In this document: one piece after another, positions 12,881 to 25,698 of the stretch
How positions within the stretch are numbered: the first letter of the stretch is position 1
Layout: the number at the start of each line of letters is the position of its first letter
Source: Lama glama
Taxonomy: Eukaryota
NCBI GenBank assembly: GCA_028534125.1
Contig: CM052816.1
Span: 80,664,001-80,728,000, forward strand
Reading direction: 5' to 3'
Length of the DNA stretch: 64,000 nucleotides
The notes under the pieces: model-generated
The model's input: the letters and a program-made list of their open reading frames with translations, nothing else
What the model was told of the DNA's origin: nothing
Databases searched by the model: none
Program-made: the position numbers and the translations under genes

Positions 12881-14359
12881 CTATTTAAACAGAGACACAG
12901 AATTCTTCACGTCCAAGGTAATTGTATTTTGATCTTGAATGCTTTTATTTAACATACAATTTCAATAATCATGCAAGCATTAAAAAAGAATGTTAACAGA
13001 TGTACTGAAACATTATTAATTTGTGACTTGGAACTACAAAAAGATATACTTTATACTTGAGAGAGAAATTACGAATTAAATAAACTAGATTAAATTTTCC
13101 ATCTACCCAACAACCAATTACCACTAACAAGACAAAAAGATCTGAATGAACTGTTTTTAATTCACTAATAGGTTGTTATGCCTTAGTGATCATTAACCAA
13201 TGAAACTGCTGGGATTTTATAAGTATGCATATTTCAGAAGGGTTTTTAGTTTATTAGAATGCCAGGATTAAGACTACATTCTTAGCTGTAATGTATGTTA
13301 AAGAATAAAGCACCAGTGTTTTCTTTAATTAACACGAGCCCTGCGTACATGTGAGTTGAGCTATTCTGCAACTAGGGAAGTAGCCTGGTAACTGCAGCCC
13401 ATTTAACACCTGTGGTCTCTGGTCATTAAATATCAATAGCAGGGCCCACCTGTCTCCACTCAATATAACCATAAAACCACTGCTACATAATTCCAAACAC
13501 CATCCGACCTCCAGATGGAAAGAGAAAAGTCAGTATACCGTCTGCAGTTGAGAAATGAGATAACACAGACCTTTTTCCTACAGTGTGAACTTTTCATAAT
13601 GCAAATATGGGAAAGTACCACTGACCATGAAGCATCAGTGAATCTCATCGTTTCTAATTAAAACTACGTGCAGTAATAGGAATATAGTATATCTTGAACG
13701 GTTTTTGCTTATCAGCAAATGTTAATGCTCACAGTTGAGACCTCAGTGCAACTTACTCTAATGATCAGGAAATACGCTGGTTTTGATGTTACAGTGTTAT
13801 GTAATTATGAAACAATGCATTTTTTATAACTCAACTTTTAACAATTTGAAATTCCTCAGAGTGGAATTGTTGCTGTAACAGATTGTTTTACTCTTAAGGT
13901 GTGATATATGAATGGATATTTTATATACATCTGTTAGTAGGGTAGCTTTTTGGTAGGTAGGGCAAAACATTGCTGTGTCATGCCACTAACCTGAAAAAAA
14001 GGTTCAAATTAAAGAAATGTGCATTAGAAATGAGCAAAATTACTCTCTGAATCAAAGAGCAGCTTACGCTGCATTATGCACTTGAACTTACTTGTCATAC
14101 TGAGGCATCTGCTAATACTAAACACCAAAATATACAAGTGTGTATACTTTCCAAATTACGCCTTCTAACAGCATAACCACACAGAAAAGCATTAAAGCAG
14201 TAATATGATCCACTCAGGTTCACTACAGATTGAAAATATTAACATTTCTCTTTATCACAAGCAGCTTGATTTACCAAGAAAAGATACCGCTTACTGAGAT
14301 CTGAAAGGCTGAAATGACAGCTATTAAATGTATTAAATTTAAAGAAAAGTCATACTTAC

Positions 14360-14432
14360 CTTTTGGGCATATTCATCACATGTTGGTCCCACTGGAACTA
14401 CCATCACCTGGCGAGGAGACAGCCAGAAGGGC
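14360..14432 (-). CDS. TARS1: TARS1 exon 17 ([24 protein letters not shown])
   Basis: 73 nt; ttaaag| and AAG|gtaagt. Confidence 0.97.
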
Positions 14433-16010
14433 CTTTAAAAGAAATTAAAAATCTTTAGTGTGGACTTGGGCACTCTCCTAAACAACGGTGGCACCTTCCT
14501 CAGTCTACTCTTGAGCACTGTTTCCCTAAACATGAAAGGGCCACTTTAAAGAACTCAGCTTTCTGTCGATATCCAATAAGGACTAAAAGGAGATTCAGAA
14601 GCAGAAGACTAACCCTACATCAGGAAAATCTGTAAGACTTGTCTTGCTAAGCAGATGACAAAGCAGAGGGGGCAGGAACTGTGCCCCACAGGTCACACAT
14701 CGGGTGACAGAACACCACACACACTGGCTGCCAGATGGGTTAAAGAAACATACTTAGTGATTTAAGTTATTCTACTCAACAAATTATTTTGCTCAAGCAT
14801 TATTTTGTTACTTATTCTTCACGGGGAACAAAGACTTTGCCTTCAGTTTATTCAAGATCCATTTTACAGGATTCAGCAAATTGGAATTGATAATAACTGG
14901 TGATAGTATTTGGTAAAAATGAGTGTGTTTTCACTACTTATTACAAGGTGACCTTGTCTGCAATTCTCCCTTGCAGGTGTTTCAGGGTCAGGCCCTCCCC
15001 CTGCTGCAAGACATCAATCAGGCCAGTTTCTCTTGATCAATCTATTTTCAGTGGTTTTGTTACATCAGGGAAAAGGCTGGAGCAGGCACTAATTCCACCC
15101 AAACTGTGGGCATTTTTCCCTCTAGGTTTGGTAGAGCAGTTAGCTGAGGATGTCCCTACTTTTTAGACGGCACAGAGAATGCTTTCTGTACTTGATTTGA
15201 TTTAGTAAAACATATCTGAAAAGAGATTAGCTTATTTCATTTACATGTATGATGAATTTCCTATTAAGTCTGAATTAACTGTAATTATAAATAAAACTGA
15301 AGTGACTGCAATGCAGACGATAAGACAGATTTACAACATTTTACAGAAGTTACACATCACACAAAACATGGCAGGCTCTACAGAATGGATGTCTTATAAT
15401 CATGTGTTGTTTTCAACTCCATTTACAAAATGCGGCCCCAGGCAAGGCTGCTTAGGAAATAAAATGAAGTCGTGTGCTCATATCTCACCATCAGAAACAT
15501 AAGCTTATAGAAATAAGACACAGAAATGTTGATCAGTCTGGAGTCTATACTTTCAGTTAAAAAAAAAAGCTTGGCTTCTAAAGGGTCCAAAATACTTGCT
15601 TATGATCAGCAACACCGAACACGCTGTCACTAAAAGCCTACTCTTGTTTATGCAGACAAAAACAAAGACGTTATATAAATTCCCCAGGTTACTTGAAAAG
15701 CAATCAGAGCAATAAACAAGCTTCTTACCAAATAATAATTCCTAATTAGAAAGCATTTATATAATATTCAAACAAATCAAGTGCTGAAATAAAAATAATT
15801 ACTCGTAACAAATATTCTTGGAGCTTAAGAGTCTGGATTTAGATTGTGATTCCTTCCTTTTCAGTGACTTTTCTGTCACTAAACAGAAGTGACCAACTGG
15901 TGTAATTCTCCTTTTCCATCGTACAAATATAACTAAATTGGAAAGTAGACATTTCTTAGAGCCAATTTACATGGTCCAGACAAAAACAAGAAAAGAATGA
16001 CAAAAATTAC

Positions 16011-16115
16011 CATTTGCCTCCATAGTTTTCAGTGAGAATAGCAATCATTCTTTCCACGGACCCCAAGATGGCTCTGTGGATAATCACTGGCCTTTTCTTA
16101 TCATCACCATCATGG
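16011..16115 (-). CDS. TARS1: TARS1 exon 16 ([35 protein letters not shown]), class II motif 3
   Basis: 105 nt; ttctag| and TG|gtaatt; overlaps ORF 16007..16201. Confidence 0.97.
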
Positions 16116-16212
16116 CTAGAAAAGAAAAAAAAAAATTTGTTTTGCTTTATTTTATATCTATATTCTTTTATATGTCCTCGAAGAATATTCAGAGCAAACA
16201 CTAGAAACTCAC

Positions 16213-16313
16213 CTTACAAAAGTAAGATTAAATCTGATGGGCAACTGAAAATCCAACTGGATCGTTGCACACTGGTGGTACCGACCAATGGCATCTTTAA
16301 TCTGTATGTCAAT
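16213..16313 (-). CDS. TARS1: TARS1 exon 15 ([34 protein letters not shown])
   Basis: 101 nt; tcttag| and AG|gtgagt. Confidence 0.97.
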
Positions 16314-16425
16314 CTAAGAAGCACAGAGTGGATTGTATTAGGACTGTTTTGTTTTTTAAACTTAAAGTAATTTCTTCACCCCAAAATGAAATTCACATCA
16401 CTCCCAAACAGACTCTGGTACTGAC

Positions 16426-16503
16426 CTTTGGACCATAGAAAGCTCCATCTCCAGGATTTAATTCCCACTTCTCACCAAACTCATTCAAACTGTTCTCAAG
16501 TTG
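16426..16503 (-). CDS. TARS1: TARS1 exon 14 ([26 protein letters not shown])
   Basis: 78 nt; ccttag| and AAG|gtcagt. Confidence 0.97.
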
Positions 16504-16863
16504 CTAAGGATAAAGCAAAGTGATTTTAATTTTTGTTCACCTGCAACTTCTTCCAGCCTAATATGAGACTAAATAAAAATACTGCAATTACTTTCATGGG
16601 TCACTATTCTTCGCTTTACAATGTTGTCCAGGTAGACATACTTACACACAAACCCCTTTAGAGGTTATAGCTTGATGACTGAAAAAACATTCGACCATTT
16701 CAAAAATACAAAATCATAGAGAAAAAAAACTAGCTTACACAATCCTGGAAACCATTTCCAATTTTCTTTTCCTTTTATCCATTTAAAGAGGCATGGCTTT
16801 CTTACATCATGGAACAAGCCAATTTCAGTCAAATAATACTGAAGCGTGCTGAAAAACACTTAC

Positions 16864-17001
16864 TTTCTCAGCTTGATTCCATACTTCAACATCTCCAAGG
16901 AATTTTTCTGGGCGAGTAGACAGGTTCAGTTTAAAGGAAAATCCAAATACGTTATATACTGCACGCAGAAAATCCAAACAACCTTTTATTTCACTCTCAA
17001 T
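16864..17001 (-). CDS. TARS1: TARS1 exon 13 ([21 protein letters not shown]...WNQAEK)
   Basis: 138 nt; ttaaag| and AAA|gtaagt. Confidence 0.97.
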
Positions 17002-17095
17002 CTTTAAATTAAAAAAAGAAAAGGGACACAGTGGTAGTTAATTTTCCTTGATTTTCTTGACACTTCTTTCAAAGTATTTTATCCCAGTCTCGTAC

Positions 17096-17258
17096 CTGCT
17101 CCATGGCACAGAATATGTGAGCATCATCCTGCTGGAATCTCCGCACCCGTGTGAGTCCCGTGAGTGCTCCTGACAGCTCATTTCTATGAAGCACCCCGAA
17201 ATCAGCTACTCGCAGAGGTAACTCCCGCCAGGACCTTGGCCGATGATCAAACATAAGG
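17096..17258 (-). CDS. TARS1: TARS1 exon 12 ([16 protein letters not shown]...[14 protein letters not shown]), class II motif 2
   Basis: 163 nt; ctttag| and CAG|gtacga; overlaps ORF 17069..17281. Confidence 0.97.
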
Positions 17259-18236
17259 CTAAAGAGAAAAGTAAAGTCCATTGATACTTAATTTCACAAG
17301 AATAAAACTGCTTCTCTAATATTATAAGAAAAGCTGTCAAAAAGCTACTGGTTCTAGTTGTTTAGACAAGAAACACTTCTCAAAGTCTGGGCTCTGCACA
17401 ACAATGGAAGTGCTTGCATGAATAAAGCAGCAAATAAAATAAACAGAACCATCCAGAAGAGAGAATAAAACATTTATTTCCCTATGTCTGGAGTCATCGC
17501 TTTGTGATAAATATTTCTATTAATTTGAGAACTGCCTTTAAGAGTCATATTGAAAAAAAAAAAAGAAAACTTAACTACGTACAAATCATTTATAACACTG
17601 GAAACTAAAGTCTATACTTTCTTGTTGTTCTTAAAAGTGCTTCAGTTCCCTGTTGGTCTGAAGGTGCTTCAGAAACTCTGAAGAATCTGGGAAACCCAAG
17701 AATGAACTTGAACTCAGTTCCCTGACCCACAACCCAGTTACCTTGTGGCGATTTCACTGTCTCACCTACTCTGCCCTCGAGGCCCAGCTACTGGGAGCAG
17801 GACTAGGAGCTATGACTGAGCCACCTGCAGCCCCGGCTCTCCCTAGTCTTGCCCCCGGTTGCTCTTCACCCAACTTTCAAGAAGGATAGAGTGGACTGCC
17901 TCAAGGCAAGGAAGATTTTCCAAGGATGTCAATTCATCAGCAACAGGTTTTGATACATGCTTTAAAAAAAAAAAATCTAGAGAGTCTGCTATGCCTCACA
18001 TTCGGCCTCCTTTGTTTTGTATTCTGCTTGTTCACTGTTACCCCGGTGCCATTAGATCCTACAGATCTAAGGATCTAGCTGGACACAGATGATGTTACAA
18101 TACCGTAATAATGATGCATCTAAATACTCTTCTGATTAGATAATTTGTTTTTTAACAAAGTACTTTCAAGGGAGGGAAAACAATCTAGAACTGACTGCAA
18201 GAAAATCTCTGATAGAAACTCAAAATTGCTGAATAC

Positions 18237-18403
18237 CAGTGTCCCGGGCAGTTCATGGGTTTCAGAGCAAACTGCTCCTTCTCCACCTCAAAGGAGAACA
18301 TGTTCTCGCTGTAGTGCTGCCAGTGGCCCGAGGTCACCCACAGTCGGCTGTTGTAGATGTTTGGGGTGACCACCTCCTGGAATCCCCGTTTCCTATATTC
18401 ACT
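18237..18403 (-). CDS. TARS1: TARS1 exon 11 ([28 protein letters not shown]...KPMNCPGHC)
   Basis: 167 nt; taacag| and TG|gtattc; overlaps ORF 18185..18373. Confidence 0.97.
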
Positions 18404-19363
18404 CTGTTAGAAAACAAACACAATGCACGTGTAGGGAAATAAATGCTCATACCTCTGGTCGAAGTAAAAATGTAAAGAGCAATTTTATACTGTCTAGTAA
18501 AGCCCAAGATGCACATATTACAACCTAGAAACTCTACTTGGAGGCATCTACCAAGCGCCTGCACGTGCACGGAAGGCAGCTGGGCAGCACCGTCAGTAAT
18601 GCAGTGCCATGAGAGGTGACATCTGTGTCCCCCAGTAAAGAAACGGGCATACTGGGTAGTGGTATCACGGGCTAGTATGTAACAAGGGAAACAAAGTGGA
18701 TCTGTACATATCTAGAATGAAAAGGCAGTGCAGACTGATACACAATGAGACTTCATGTACGTAAGTTTGAAGCACACAAACACATACATAACTTAGGGGG
18801 TATATTTATGGGGTAGATATAAAAATTACAAAAAGAATCCATGCTAACTTCAAAAAGGAGTTACTAGATATGTATTACTTACTAGATATGTATAACTTCA
18901 CCTCAATAAAAAATCTGAAGCAACTCTTAGCCCAGGGTAGGTGTGTGTTAAATGAGGTGCTGAGTACCCGATGGCAGTGGTGTTATTTTCTGACATATGC
19001 TTGAAACACTTCATGGTTCATAAAGTAAAAAAGCAATGTAAAGACGAACTTGCTTTTTCAAGGAAAATACAAAAGAATGGGTCAGAAAGCCACGGGGCTC
19101 CTGTGTAAAGGACTGCAGGCCCCACTTCAAGTTCACCAGCCTATCCCATGCACACACCTCCATATATACAGACAAAATCATGTACGAGGAGGGAAGAATT
19201 TTTTAAACATTTTATGAGACTTCATATGCCCATTTCACTTTATTCCTTGAAATGTTTCTTCTTAAACACAAGATTCTTTCCTCTTGGTAGACCTTACTTA
19301 ATAAAATCAACTTATGTCTTAAATCTACAGAAGATATAATAATAAATAATAAACATGGTTTAC

Positions 19364-19462
19364 CCTGATGTATTCAATAAGCATATTATAAATGTACGCT
19401 CCCTTTGGCAGGAAAAAGCAACTTCCGGGGCTGAGTTCATGGAAGAAATACAGTTCTTGGTC
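19364..19462 (-). CDS. TARS1: TARS1 exon 10 ([33 protein letters not shown])
   Basis: 99 nt; actcag| and AGG|gtaaac. Confidence 0.97.
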
Positions 19463-20290
19463 CTGAGTAAAACAAAAGTAAAAGAAAGTTTATATGTGTA
19501 GATATCAACATAAATTTCAGGGTTCTTGAGTTCAGAATATGGTCATGACGTCTCATATTTTAACTGATGCCATACTGCCAAATGTCAAATAAACATGCTG
19601 ACATTTCTGGGGTGCAAATTAATGGTACAGAATTACAGTCCCTTTATAACTTAGCATGAGTACATTCTGTGCCTGTTAACGTTCCTAAGTTCAGTCAAGT
19701 TCACCCCAGAGTGGCACGGAGCAGGGGTCTTATTCTCCTCTACTCTGCACAGCAGGGGATCTCAGTTTGAATTCCTCAATGCTCCAAGTTCTGAGTGTTT
19801 TTTTTTCTTTTTTTTTCTTTTAAAGTAGGAGTAGCAGGAAGGAGACTGGGAAAGATCGATAATGAAGTAGATGATGGAGAAGTGGGCTAACTTTGGGTCA
19901 TGGTCAAAGAGGAACACCCTCCTACCTCCTTGCCCATTACCTACCATCCTAAACACCCAAGTCCTGAAGGAGGGACCCCACCAATTGCTGGTTGCCTCCT
20001 TCCTGCTGGAGTTTATGTCAGCCAGCCAAGAGAGCTTGACAGTGGATGCTGCCTCCTGCCCAAGCTGCAAAAGCTAATAGCCATAACCTGACGCCTGGCA
20101 CAGAGTGAACACACTTCTAGAAAGGAGTATTTTTACCAAACCTAACTTCCAGCTTAGGAAACATTCAGGGCTAGAAGGAAAAGAAAATGACACCACAGAA
20201 TCCATCACTGACTCATCTTGGGCAACAAGTAGATGAGTCTTTCTGGGACTTAAGTTTCCATATCTTTAAAATAAGTCAGTGACCAGGGGT

Positions 20291-20379
20291 GGGGGTGGGT
20301 GTAGCTCAGTAGTAGAGCTCATGCTTAGTTTGCATGAAGTCCTGGATTCAATCCCCAGTACCTCCATTAAAAAAATAAT
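20291..20379 (+). mobile_element. Camelid tRNA-derived SINE (Vic-1-like) in TARS1 intron 9, inserted into a MIR remnant
   Basis: A-box TAGCTCAGTAG, B-box-like GGATTCAATCC, A-rich tail; flanking duplication AAAATAAGTCAGTGA(GA)CCAGGGG. Confidence 0.85.
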
Positions 20380-20529
20380 AAAATAAGTCAGTGAGACCAG
20401 GGGATTTCTAAGGTTATCAAGCTACAGCATCTCTTCAAAAATCAATTCCTAGCACCTAATACAATCACATTTCAAATGAAAATAAAGAAAACTCAGTCTA
20501 GACACATCATTATTCTTTTTTTAACATAC

Positions 20530-20676
20530 CCTTCCAATTTTCCTATGATCTCGGTTCTTAGCTTCCTCTTGGAACTTCTCCCACTCTTTCAACATTTTAG
20601 GATCTGGGAATGAAATGCCATAAATTCTCTGCAGAGTCTCCATATCTGCCTTGCCTTCCCAGTAGGTGGAGGAATT
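20530..20676 (-). CDS. TARS1: TARS1 exon 9 ([23 protein letters not shown]...RDHRKIGR)
   Basis: 147 nt; tttcag| and AGG|gtatgt. Confidence 0.97.
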
Positions 20677-21484
20677 CTGAAAACAAGAAATAACCGTGAA
20701 ATAATATTCAAATTTCTAAGTATATCCGTTATTTTAAGAGTTAGATGTTATTTCTCACAGTCACATTATGCGTCAAACTCATATTTAGTCCTTATGGCAA
20801 GAAAAATGGCACAAAAAGCGCACAGTCAGTAAACACCTCCCAGTTCCTGAGGCATAGCCAGGGTAGTTGCACTCATTCTGCAGCACAAAACTGCTGCTTA
20901 ATCCCCTCAAAACTGTTCACCCCCTCAATACCCACTCACAGCAGAACGCCACAAACATGACTGCAAGGGCATCTTCCACAAGATGATTGAACAGAAATGG
21001 AAAATCAACCAACCAAAAAAAACGCTTTTTTAAATGACTCAGCTATTCTTAGGATTTAGAGTGCACTTTAATAACCACCCATTAAATATTATGCGCTAGT
21101 ATAAAACTGGCAGGATTAGTTTGGTTAAAAGGAACTATTTGGGTAATTACTACCTTAGACACACAAAAGGCAAAAGCACATACTCCCACAGTGAATCTCA
21201 AAGCTTTAGAGCCAAGATGGTCCACTGTGTGATTCTGTAAATTCTCCAAATCTCCATCCCTGTGTGCTCCCGTGATGAATGATGAGTCAGTCACTGCTTG
21301 AGAATTTCAGTTAAAAAAAGGCTAATGACATGTAGTACCCATAGTCAGCAGAGAACATGAGAAAAAAAATCCACCCTTACATATGCAAGAGAAAAACAGC
21401 CGAAAAGAGAAACCAATGGAAGTTTCAACATATATCGTTAGGACACAAGTATGTTTACACCATCATTAAAGTTACATTGCTTAC

Positions 21485-21563
21485 TTTGTGTATTTTCAAA
21501 GCCTTGATTTTGCCAGTGTGTCTGACATGAGGACCCCGGCAGAGATCTATCAAGGGGCCACAC
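21485..21563 (-). CDS. TARS1: TARS1 exon 8 ([26 protein letters not shown])
   Basis: 79 nt; follows an 87-nt intron; AAA|gtaagc. Confidence 0.97.
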
Positions 21564-21650
21564 CTAAAGATAAAATGAAAGGGATTTTAACTAAGACTTT
21601 AAATGACATATACGTCAGTGGTATTTAATCACACTTGATATTCTCCTCAC

Positions 21651-21715
21651 CTGTAGACCGTGGTAGTTGGAGTATTCACTTTTTCATTCAATATCCTGCA
21701 TTTGAACTTGTTGTA
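21651..21715 (-). CDS. TARS1: TARS1 exon 7 (YNKFKCRILNEKVNTPTTTVYR)
   Basis: 65 nt; ttttag| and AG|gtgagg. Confidence 0.97.
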
Positions 21716-21983
21716 CTAAAAATAAGAAAAATTGTTTTTTTAAATAACCATTCTTTAATTTTCACTTCTAAATACTATAGATAAAATATAATTTAAAGTA
21801 CACCTTATTTAAACACTGTATGATTATAAATATGTCAGCATTTCATGTTTTGAAAATACTGTTAAATTTTTTTAAAGAACAGGATAGACATCAACTTAGT
21901 ACATGAAGCCCCAATGTGACAACTTCAAGTGACATTAATGAGTGAAATAAAAATAGAGGCCACATGTTAACAGTTCAGTTTAC

Positions 21984-22101
21984 CTTAAACATTTCCAATA
22001 AGGTTTCCTTCTTAACTTCTAATCTTTCAAAAGCTTGTTTTTCTTTAATGATTTTCTTACACAGAGCCTCCAAAGAAGAGAAATCATTGCTGGACACACC
22101 C
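21984..22101 (-). CDS. TARS1: TARS1 exon 6 ([16 protein letters not shown]...LLEMFK)
   Basis: 118 nt; cttcag| and AAG|gtaaac. Confidence 0.97.
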
Positions 22102-22591
22102 CTGAAGAAGAAAACATAATTAATCTCTTTCCATTCCATCCTACTCACACTGCAGCTTGCAGGAGTGTTTCTTGAGAATATTTCAAGGGTTTTAATATAA
22201 AAAAGCTAGACTCCTGAATCATATATTAAGAATTTTAACCTACAAATTTTTAATAAATTATTTTTCTATTTTCCATGACTTCTACCTTGGTCATTGTGCA
22301 GACCATTCCCTCTAGTGCACCTTCCCCCTCTAACTCTGTAACCAGGTTTAAAGAAAACGAGAAGTCCAAGCTTCATTTCACTTCCCAGTGCAGCTTAGGG
22401 CTCCACCTCCATCGATCTAGAAGGAAGCTCTTATTAAAGCCCCCACTACTTCATGGGCTACTACGACACTGCAAGTTCTGATGGTGGGAATCCTTGGTGA
22501 CTATAAACCTTTATTGAGAACTCTTTAAAAATAATGTCTGGACCCAGAGTAACTCAGATTTCATTTTTCTTTATCTAGTTAAGTAACTTAC

Positions 22592-22713
22592 CCTTCTTCA
22601 AGGTACATGTCGTAATAGAATCCATTTTCTATTGGTGGACCGTAACACAAACACCCACCATAGACTCTTTCCATGGCTTCACCCATTATGTGAGCACTCG
22701 AGTGCCAGTACAC
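22592..22713 (-). CDS. TARS1: TARS1 exon 5 ([13 protein letters not shown]...DMYLEEG), editing-domain HxxxH
   Basis: 122 nt; tttcag| and GG|gtaagt. Confidence 0.97.
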
Positions 22714-22855
22714 CTGAAAATTCAAAGAAAAATGGGATGGTTTGACAAAATGAAGATTTCAAACATGACAACGAGACATCAACAAACCTTAGCCACCTCT
22801 TGGCTTTAGTATTAGCTGGAAAAGACTGTAAATATCAATCTGAATAAAAACTTAC

Positions 22856-22979
22856 CGCTTGAGCTTCCTCATCTTCAAACTTGAGAAGCTCCAAGGTACA
22901 ATCTTCCTCCAGAGGACGGTCTAGGTCCCACACAACTTCATTCACTTTAGCAATGACAGTGTTGTCAGCCAGGCCTTGA
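22856..22979 (-). CDS. TARS1: TARS1 exon 4 ([13 protein letters not shown]...FEDEEAQA), TGS domain
   Basis: 124 nt; taaag| and GCG|gtaagt. Confidence 0.97.
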
Positions 22980-23085
22980 CTTTAAAAATACACACACATG
23001 TATAAAAACACAAGAATCTAAAAAAGAATCTTCTGCAGCACAACAGTTAATTTGAGAACAAGAACATGAAAATAAACATTAGATA

Positions 23086-23556
23086 CATGCATACCTCCTT
23101 TGACTGCACTCCACAGATACTGCGTTTGTTTTTTAACAAATTGAAGGTTTGTGGCAACCTTGCATCAAGCATGTCTGCCAGCACCATTTTTCCAACAGCA
23201 TTTGCTCACTTCATGTCTCTGTGTCACATTTTGTTAATTCTCCTGATATTTCAAATTTTTTCATTATTATTATATGTATTTGTTACGGTGATCTGTGATC
23301 GGCGATCTTTGATGCTACTACTATGACTTGCTGAAGGCTCAGATGATGGTCAGCATTTTTAGCAATAAAGTATTTATAAATTAAGGTATGTACATTTTTT
23401 AGACATAATGCTACTGTACACTTACAGACTACAGTATAGAATAAACAACTTTTATATGCACTGTGAAACCAAAAAATTCGTGTGACTTGCTCCATTGCAA
23501 TACTGGCTTGATTGTGGTGGTCTGGAAATGAACCCATAATATCTGAGGTCTGCCTG
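23086..23556 (+). mobile_element. Internally deleted Tigger1 (Tigger1a_Art-like) in intron 3
   Basis: TIRs CAtGCATACCTC ... GAGGTcTGCCTG flanked by TA on both sides. Confidence 0.85.
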
Positions 23557-24749
23557 TATATTATATTTGCATGTATATTTATCTTTCTGAAATAAAATCT
23601 AAACAGCAACATTTTAAAGATGTACCTAAAAATATAACTAGAAGATTCTGAAAATTCAGAACACTATTATTTGACATTTAATGTTTCTTGTTTCAGCAAA
23701 CGTGGCAACTGTGATAAACAGACAATAACAATTTCCAGTGGTTTGATTAATCTTTAAATTTCTCCAAATTAAGTTTTCCACAAAGCCAAGCTATTTATAT
23801 TCCAAAGGAAAAAAGGGGTAGGGGTGGGGTTCTAACAACCTCTCTGCTTTTCTCTTGCTGGAAATCCGTAACAGATCTTTCCTTTGATAGGCAATGCTAA
23901 TCTCAGGATCCTGCAAATGGCTAAGATGATATTATTTATAACAAATATATAAGTGACATAAGATACTATTTAATAAAACATCTTATAAACATGCGTAAAA
24001 ATGTTATCTGAATACGCAGTATGCAGTACAAAACACAAGTCTCCTCAAGTGACGAAATTTCAGATCAAACGGGAGCTCCAGGGAGGGGAAAGCACAGGTC
24101 AGAGCAGTCTGGACGGGCTCTGAAAACAAAGAAAGTGATGAGGGGCTGAAAGATCAGAAGACCTGGACAGGAAGAAGAGACGAGACGGCACTCCAAACGC
24201 GGGAATGGGCATGGATGTGAGCGGAAAGGTGCGGGAAGCTGTGTGGCAAGAGCAGAGCTGAGTATGATCAGTCAGATTACAGATCGGAACATGTGGCTAG
24301 AGAGACTAGCCTGTGACAGTCCAGGCAACTCACTACAGCAGGCAGCCCCCTACGGTATGAAGGGACAGTGTACAGCCCTCACACTTTCAGTCTTAAACAA
24401 ATCTACCACCAGAAGGCTTCAGCCAGCTAGGCACGCTGGGGGCGGGGGGGTGGTTCTCTCCTTGCTCTGCTTAAGGGTTTACAACCAAGTTTATGCAACC
24501 TTCCCCATTGAAGAATCAGAACAGAACAGAAGGAAATAATCGATTCCTATTCCATTTTCAGTGCTACCACTGAATTTCCCATGGATTATAACCAATTCAC
24601 ATGGTGACTTCTTTATTTCAGTTCAATATATAATGATTATAATAATGAAAGACTCTAATTAGCGCTCCACCCTCCAAAACCTTGGTCTTACTTTATATAA
24701 CTAATGAATAAATACATGCGCACATATTTCAAGATAAAATGTTTAAATA

Positions 24750-24933
24750 GAGATGGGCAAACTTTTTCTGTAAAGGGCCATATAAATATTGTAGACTGCA
24801 GGCCATACATGGTCTGTCTTGCATATTCTTCTAAGCTGTCTTATTTTTTTCAAACTATTTAAATACATAAGAATGATTCCTAGTTCTTGAACTGTGCAAA
24901 AACAGGCTATGAACACAGTTTGTCAACACCTGG
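24750..24933 (+). mobile_element. MER58-like hAT-Charlie element
   Basis: GGCAAACTTTTTCTGTAAAGGGCCA ... AGTTTGTCAACACCTG. Confidence 0.7.
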
Positions 24934-25507
24934 TAGAAGATAGATGTATCAATTTATGCTTTTCCAAACTTCATCATTTGATAAACTTACTAACTATTCA
25001 TCCCAATCATATCAGACTAGCAAAGTATTTATTCTATGACAAAGTACGCATCTAATTTTCAGTTACTTAAAATAACTTCTTCCTAATCCAATGAAAGTCT
25101 TAACATTTATAAAAAAATTAGATTTATAAAAATGGTACTTTTTTCATGGGCCATATACTAGCTTATTTTTCCCATTTGAGATGATTTACCTTCATTTTTA
25201 ACTTTAAAACTGAGATGTTTAAGTCTTAATAGGTGAAGCATTCTCTACTTGGTTATGTGATACTTTATGATTAAAGTAGAACTAATGATACAAAATCCTT
25301 TGCAAAATAAGACCAAAGTTGACTCTTTCAAATATTAACTCTGAATCTTGACTACATCATTTCGATTTTTAAAAAATCCCAAATAAGGTATATTAAACAT
25401 TAAGAACATTGAACAGGAACATAACAACATTATGAGGATAAAGCATGGCAAGATAAAAAAAAATTTAGTTACAAACAACAGAAGGTTAAGACAGGTGTAG
25501 CTTATAC

Positions 25508-25698
25508 CTAATTCCACAAGCAATTTGATACGGTGTAGTTTTCCAGGATTCTGCATCGACCTGTTTACCATCAGGCAGGGTGACTTTAATTGGCTTGCTA
25601 TCTTTTTCTGCCTTTTCTGCCAGAATGGAGTCGTGTTCCGCTTTTAGTTTATTATACATCTCAAGACGTGTATTAATATATTCAGGCCAAGGACTCAA
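25508..25698 (-). CDS. TARS1: TARS1 exon 3 (LSPWPEYINTRLEMY...YQIACGI)
   Basis: 191 nt; ttacag| and AG|gtataa; overlaps ORF 25486..25800. Confidence 0.97.

Noticed and set aside
16213..16218. GTAAG immediately before the exon 15 donor (tandem donor)
   Set aside because: Forced by the Val-Ser codons; weak exonic context (TTT|GT); no evidence of use
18861..18896. 18-bp tandem duplication in intron 10 (similar small duplications at ~34603 and ~36858)
   Set aside because: Ordinary replication-slippage microduplications
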